Assembly (NCBI GenBank): GCA_051599415.1
Contig: AP039701.1
Span: 434,001 to 457,260 of the forward strand
Source: Savitreella phatthalungensis
Lineage: Eukaryota
Length of the DNA stretch: 23,260 nucleotides
Reading direction: 5' to 3'
The notes below the pieces were generated by a model that searched no databases, was not told the origin of the DNA, and was given only the letters and a program-made list of their open reading frames with translations. This document shows positions 20,746-23,260 of the stretch, in pieces (the stretch's first letter is position 1; every line of letters starts with the position of its first letter). The translations under genes were made by a program, and so were the position numbers.

Positions 20746-21236
20746 GACACCGACCATGCTATATCTGATACATACCACAACTCTGCTCACGTGGCAGTTT
20801 GGTATGGGGTACAAGAGGACGCAATACGCCGTACGGAGACAGCGTGCCAGATATCAGCAACACCAGGACCTAGCACAGAACAATACTATTTGACAGCTCA
20901 ATACGGGGCTACTATCTTGTCATATGTAGACCAAGTGATTGCAGGAGTGACAGCGTTGTGTACAAACCGTATACAATCGACCTGGGCCATCGACCGGCCG
21001 TGACACCGACCATGCTATAATTGATACACACCACAACTCTGCTGACATGGCGGGTTGGTAGGGTACAAGAGGATGCAGTATGCTGCACCAAGACAGTGTG
21101 CCAGACATCTCCAACACTAGGACCTAGCACAGAACAATACTCTTTGACAGCTCTGGACAGGGCTACTATCTTACAATACATAGACTGGGTGATTCTGGAG
21201 GTGACAGCCTTGTGCACACAATTGACCCGGGCCATC
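20746..21236 (+). repeat. Tandem subtelomeric repeat Y, two copies, period 256 bp
   Basis: GACACCGACCATGCTATA at 20746 and 21002. Shared ACCACAACTCTGCT, GGGTACAAGAGGA, AGGACCTAGCACAGAACAATACT and GGGCTACTATCTT. Confidence 0.9.
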
Positions 21237-21416
21237 CAGCAGTCGCAACATTGTTAAGTGGCATTCTAGCACGCCATGAGCTCTGTAAAACCTGACCCTA
21301 ATCATGTTCTGTTCAAAAATCTTGAATTGTTTTCACTGTAGCCAGGTTATAGCCATAAAGTTTGGGATCAAAGCTCGCACGGCTTCCCTAATTGTAATTT
21401 GACAATTAAGGACACA

Positions 21417-21553
21417 CCAAACTGCATGCCAAACTGCAGAACCAAACTGCAGCGCTCCAGCAATTTGGACTTAGTTGCAGACTGCAAAACCAAACTGCAG
21501 AACAAACCTGCAGAATAAAATTGCAAAACCAGAGTGCAGCGCTCAACAAATTT
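21417..21553 (+). repeat. Degenerate ~12-13 bp minisatellite (CCAAACTGCAGAA-like)
   Basis: About 8 AACTGCA-type cores in tandem, with two higher-order ends TGCAGCGCTC(C/A)(AG/A)CAA(A)TTT. Confidence 0.75.
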
Positions 21554-21567
21554 GTAGCATGCCCACA

Positions 21568-21598
<31 letters not shown>

Positions 21599-21634
21599 GT
21601 AGTTGTGATGGTAGTAGCAGCAGTAGCAGCAGCA
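21568..21634 (+). repeat. (CAG/TAG)n trinucleotide microsatellite
   Basis: AGCAGCAGTAGCAGCAGC... interrupted by TTGTGATGG. Confidence 0.85.
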
Positions 21635-22299
21635 TTTGTAACAGCGTTATAATGAGTGAAAATAATGGGAGGAGTAGGAAGTATGTTAGCCGTAGCAGTC
21701 ATCACAGTCAATAAAGCACAGACTATGTAGGAGAATGAGGCATGCAAAAAGCACAGACCAGCGCAGTCGAAGCAGAGTAGACAGTGTACAATGCATGACA
21801 GGGTATAGTAAATGTGACAGTGCACAAGCCAGGCAATAGGAGCAAGTGAGAGTGAGTTAGAGTGAGTTGTGAAGGAAAGGACACAGCACAGTGCAAGCAA
21901 TGGATTTGACAAGCAACAGTGGAGGAAACAGTGCATGCCAAATGACATTGCAGTCAATTGCACTTAATTGATGTTGCACAACAGGCGCCAGTGCCAATTA
22001 CAGTCCAAGGAATGAGAATGCAGGCAACAGGGTAGTGCACAGCCAAGCAGGTGGTGTTTATAACAAGCAGAGACAGAGTCAGTGGCAGGGCCAGGTGTTC
22101 AAATGACAAGTGATAGTGCAGGAATGATATATCAAGTGATGTTGCGGTGTTTAACATATGGCAGTGCAGTGATGAGACAAGGTACAGTGCGGGCTACAAG
22201 TGTGTGATACACAACAGGGGTTGACAGGTCAACAGCAGTTGGCCGATCCAGGGTTTGACAAATGCCAGGTCACAGAGCAGGGCAATGAGGCAAGTAGTA

Positions 22300-22712
22300 G
22301 CGCAGGTGATGGTATTTGAGAGATGATGACACAAGTGACAGTGCAGATAGCACCAGGTGACAGATGATGGTGCAGGCAACAGCACATGGCAGACAACAGT
22401 GCAGATAACAGGATTTGAAGGAGACCAGGCAGGTAACAACATTTGACAGAGACAGGGCAGATGACAGCATGTGGGGGTTACAGGGTGTGTGATGGCAATT
22501 GAGAGATGGCAGTGCAGGTGTTGGGATTGATGCGTGATTTTGACAGTTGATGGGATTTGGCAGGTGATGGCATTTGCCAGGCGGCAGGGCGGATAACAAT
22601 ATTGGATAAGTGGCAGTTCAGGTAACAGCATGTGACAGGTGACAGGTGACATACCGATAACAGCATTTGGCATTTGGCAGGTGACGGTGCAGTTTCAGAT
22701 GAAACAGATGGT
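22300..22712 (+). repeat. Degenerate array of an ~18-bp motif, consensus near GGCAGGTGACAGCATTTG
   Basis: Variants include GCAGGTGATGGTATTTG, GCAGATAACAGGATTTG, GGCAGGTAACAACATTTG, GGCAGATGACAGCATGTG, GGCAGGTGATGGCATTTG, GGCGGATAACAATATTG, CAGGTAACAGCATGTG and CCGATAACAGCATTTG. Confidence 0.7.
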
Positions 22713-22938
22713 AGGGTTTTTAAAAGTAGAAATGAGGGGAGCAAATGGCATGGGATGTATTGGGTGAACGGGGGAAGAGTGTCAGATAGATGAGGGATTG
22801 AGAGCAGGAGTACAGCGGAGAGAGGAGCAGCAAGGGCACAGCAAGATGATGGTGATGTTGAAGACCAGCAGGGGCGTATGCGTGCGGACAAGCGTAGTGT
22901 AGCAAGGCAGCAGGGGTGAGCAGAGAAACAAGGTTAGG

Positions 22939-22979
22939 AAGCAAGCAAGCGAGCAAGCAAGCGAGCAAAGCGGAGCAAG
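22939..22979 (+). repeat. (GCAA/GCGA)n tetranucleotide microsatellite
   Basis: AAGCAAGCAAGCGAGCAAGCAAGCGAGCAAAGCGGAGCAAG. Confidence 0.75.
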
Positions 22980-23019
22980 GGTTGGGGCATTGGTTAGTTT
23001 GATGTTGGTTAGTTTTTGT

Positions 23020-23045
23020 GGGTCAGGGTGAGGGTCAGGGTGAGG
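23020..23045 (+). repeat. Telomere variant repeats (TCAGGG/TGAGGG)
   Basis: GGGTCAGGGTGAGGGTCAGGGTGAGG lies just proximal to the canonical tract. Confidence 0.8.
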
Positions 23046-23057
23046 CAGCAAGAAAAC

Positions 23058-23187
23058 AGGGTTAGGGTTAGGGTTAGGGTTAGGGTTAGGGTTAGGGTTA
23101 GGGTTAGGGTTAGGGTTAGGGTTAGGGTTAGGGTTAGGGTTAGGGTTAGGGTTAGGGTTAGGGTTAGGGTTAGGGTTAGGGTTAGGG
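23058..23187 (+). repeat. Telomere, (TTAGGG)21
   Basis: 21 perfect TTAGGG units at 23062-23187, preceded by AGGG. The G-rich strand runs 5'->3' toward the end, as expected for a right chromosome end. Confidence 0.97.
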
Positions 23188-23260
23188 TTCTCGCAAAGGC
23201 AGAAAGTAGTCTTAACCTTAGCAATACGTAACTGAACCTTAGACTTACGAACTGAACAGG
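23188..23260 (+). other. Sequencing artefact: Oxford Nanopore barcode 06 plus native-barcode flank plus ligation adapter
   Basis: TTCTCGCAAAGGCAGAAAGTAGTC (23188-23211) is ONT BC06/NB06 as recalled. It is followed by the flank TTAACCTT (23212-23219) and AGCAATACGTAACTGAAC (23220-23237), the reverse complement of the ONT adapter end GTTCAGTTACGTATTGCT. Confidence 0.93.

Noticed and set aside
20413..21236. CRISPR-like array or LTR retrotransposon
   Set aside because: The context is eukaryotic, the units are long diverged duplicates without unique spacers, and no cas, gag/pol, clear TG...CA termini or PBS were seen.
21368..23051. Cys/His-rich minus-strand ORFs as zinc-finger or effector genes
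   Set aside because: Explained by TG/CA-rich, stop-poor low-complexity composition; several overlapping frames are open and none has a coherent motif.
23009..23231. VR- and LT-dipeptide ORFs
   Set aside because: These are translations of the telomeric repeat plus adapter.
23058..23260. Interstitial telomeric repeat or novel sequence capping the telomere
   Set aside because: The distal sequence matches ONT barcode 06, its flank and the adapter.

Overview
This window is the right-hand end of a compact, intron-poor fungal chromosome. The gene style is consistent with an early-diverging ascomycete (Taphrinomycotina-like; this is inference only). Bases 1-18520 are densely genic. In order they encode: a BRAP2/Etp1 RING E3 ligase (runs off the left edge, absent from the ORF track), a secreted GH71 alpha-1,3-glucanase, a secreted flavin-only cellobiose-dehydrogenase-like GMC oxidoreductase, a DUF4202 protein overlapping a PXA-domain protein tail-to-tail, an Aim18-like chalcone-isomerase-fold protein split by two 43-nt introns around a 13-nt microexon, the Mlp1/Tpr/Nup211 basket nucleoporin with a (Pro-Ala)26 microsatellite, a DUF1992/DNAJC28-domain protein, an intron-containing tRNA-Ile(UAU), and Fes1. 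A short (~4.5 kb) subtelomere follows. It holds modular X/Y repeats with CpG->TpG/CpA-biased divergence, a CpG-depleted G/A-skewed block with a degenerate ~18-bp motif array, telomere-variant repeats and (TTAGGG)21. The last ~70 bp are untrimmed Oxford Nanopore barcode 06 and adapter, not genome.
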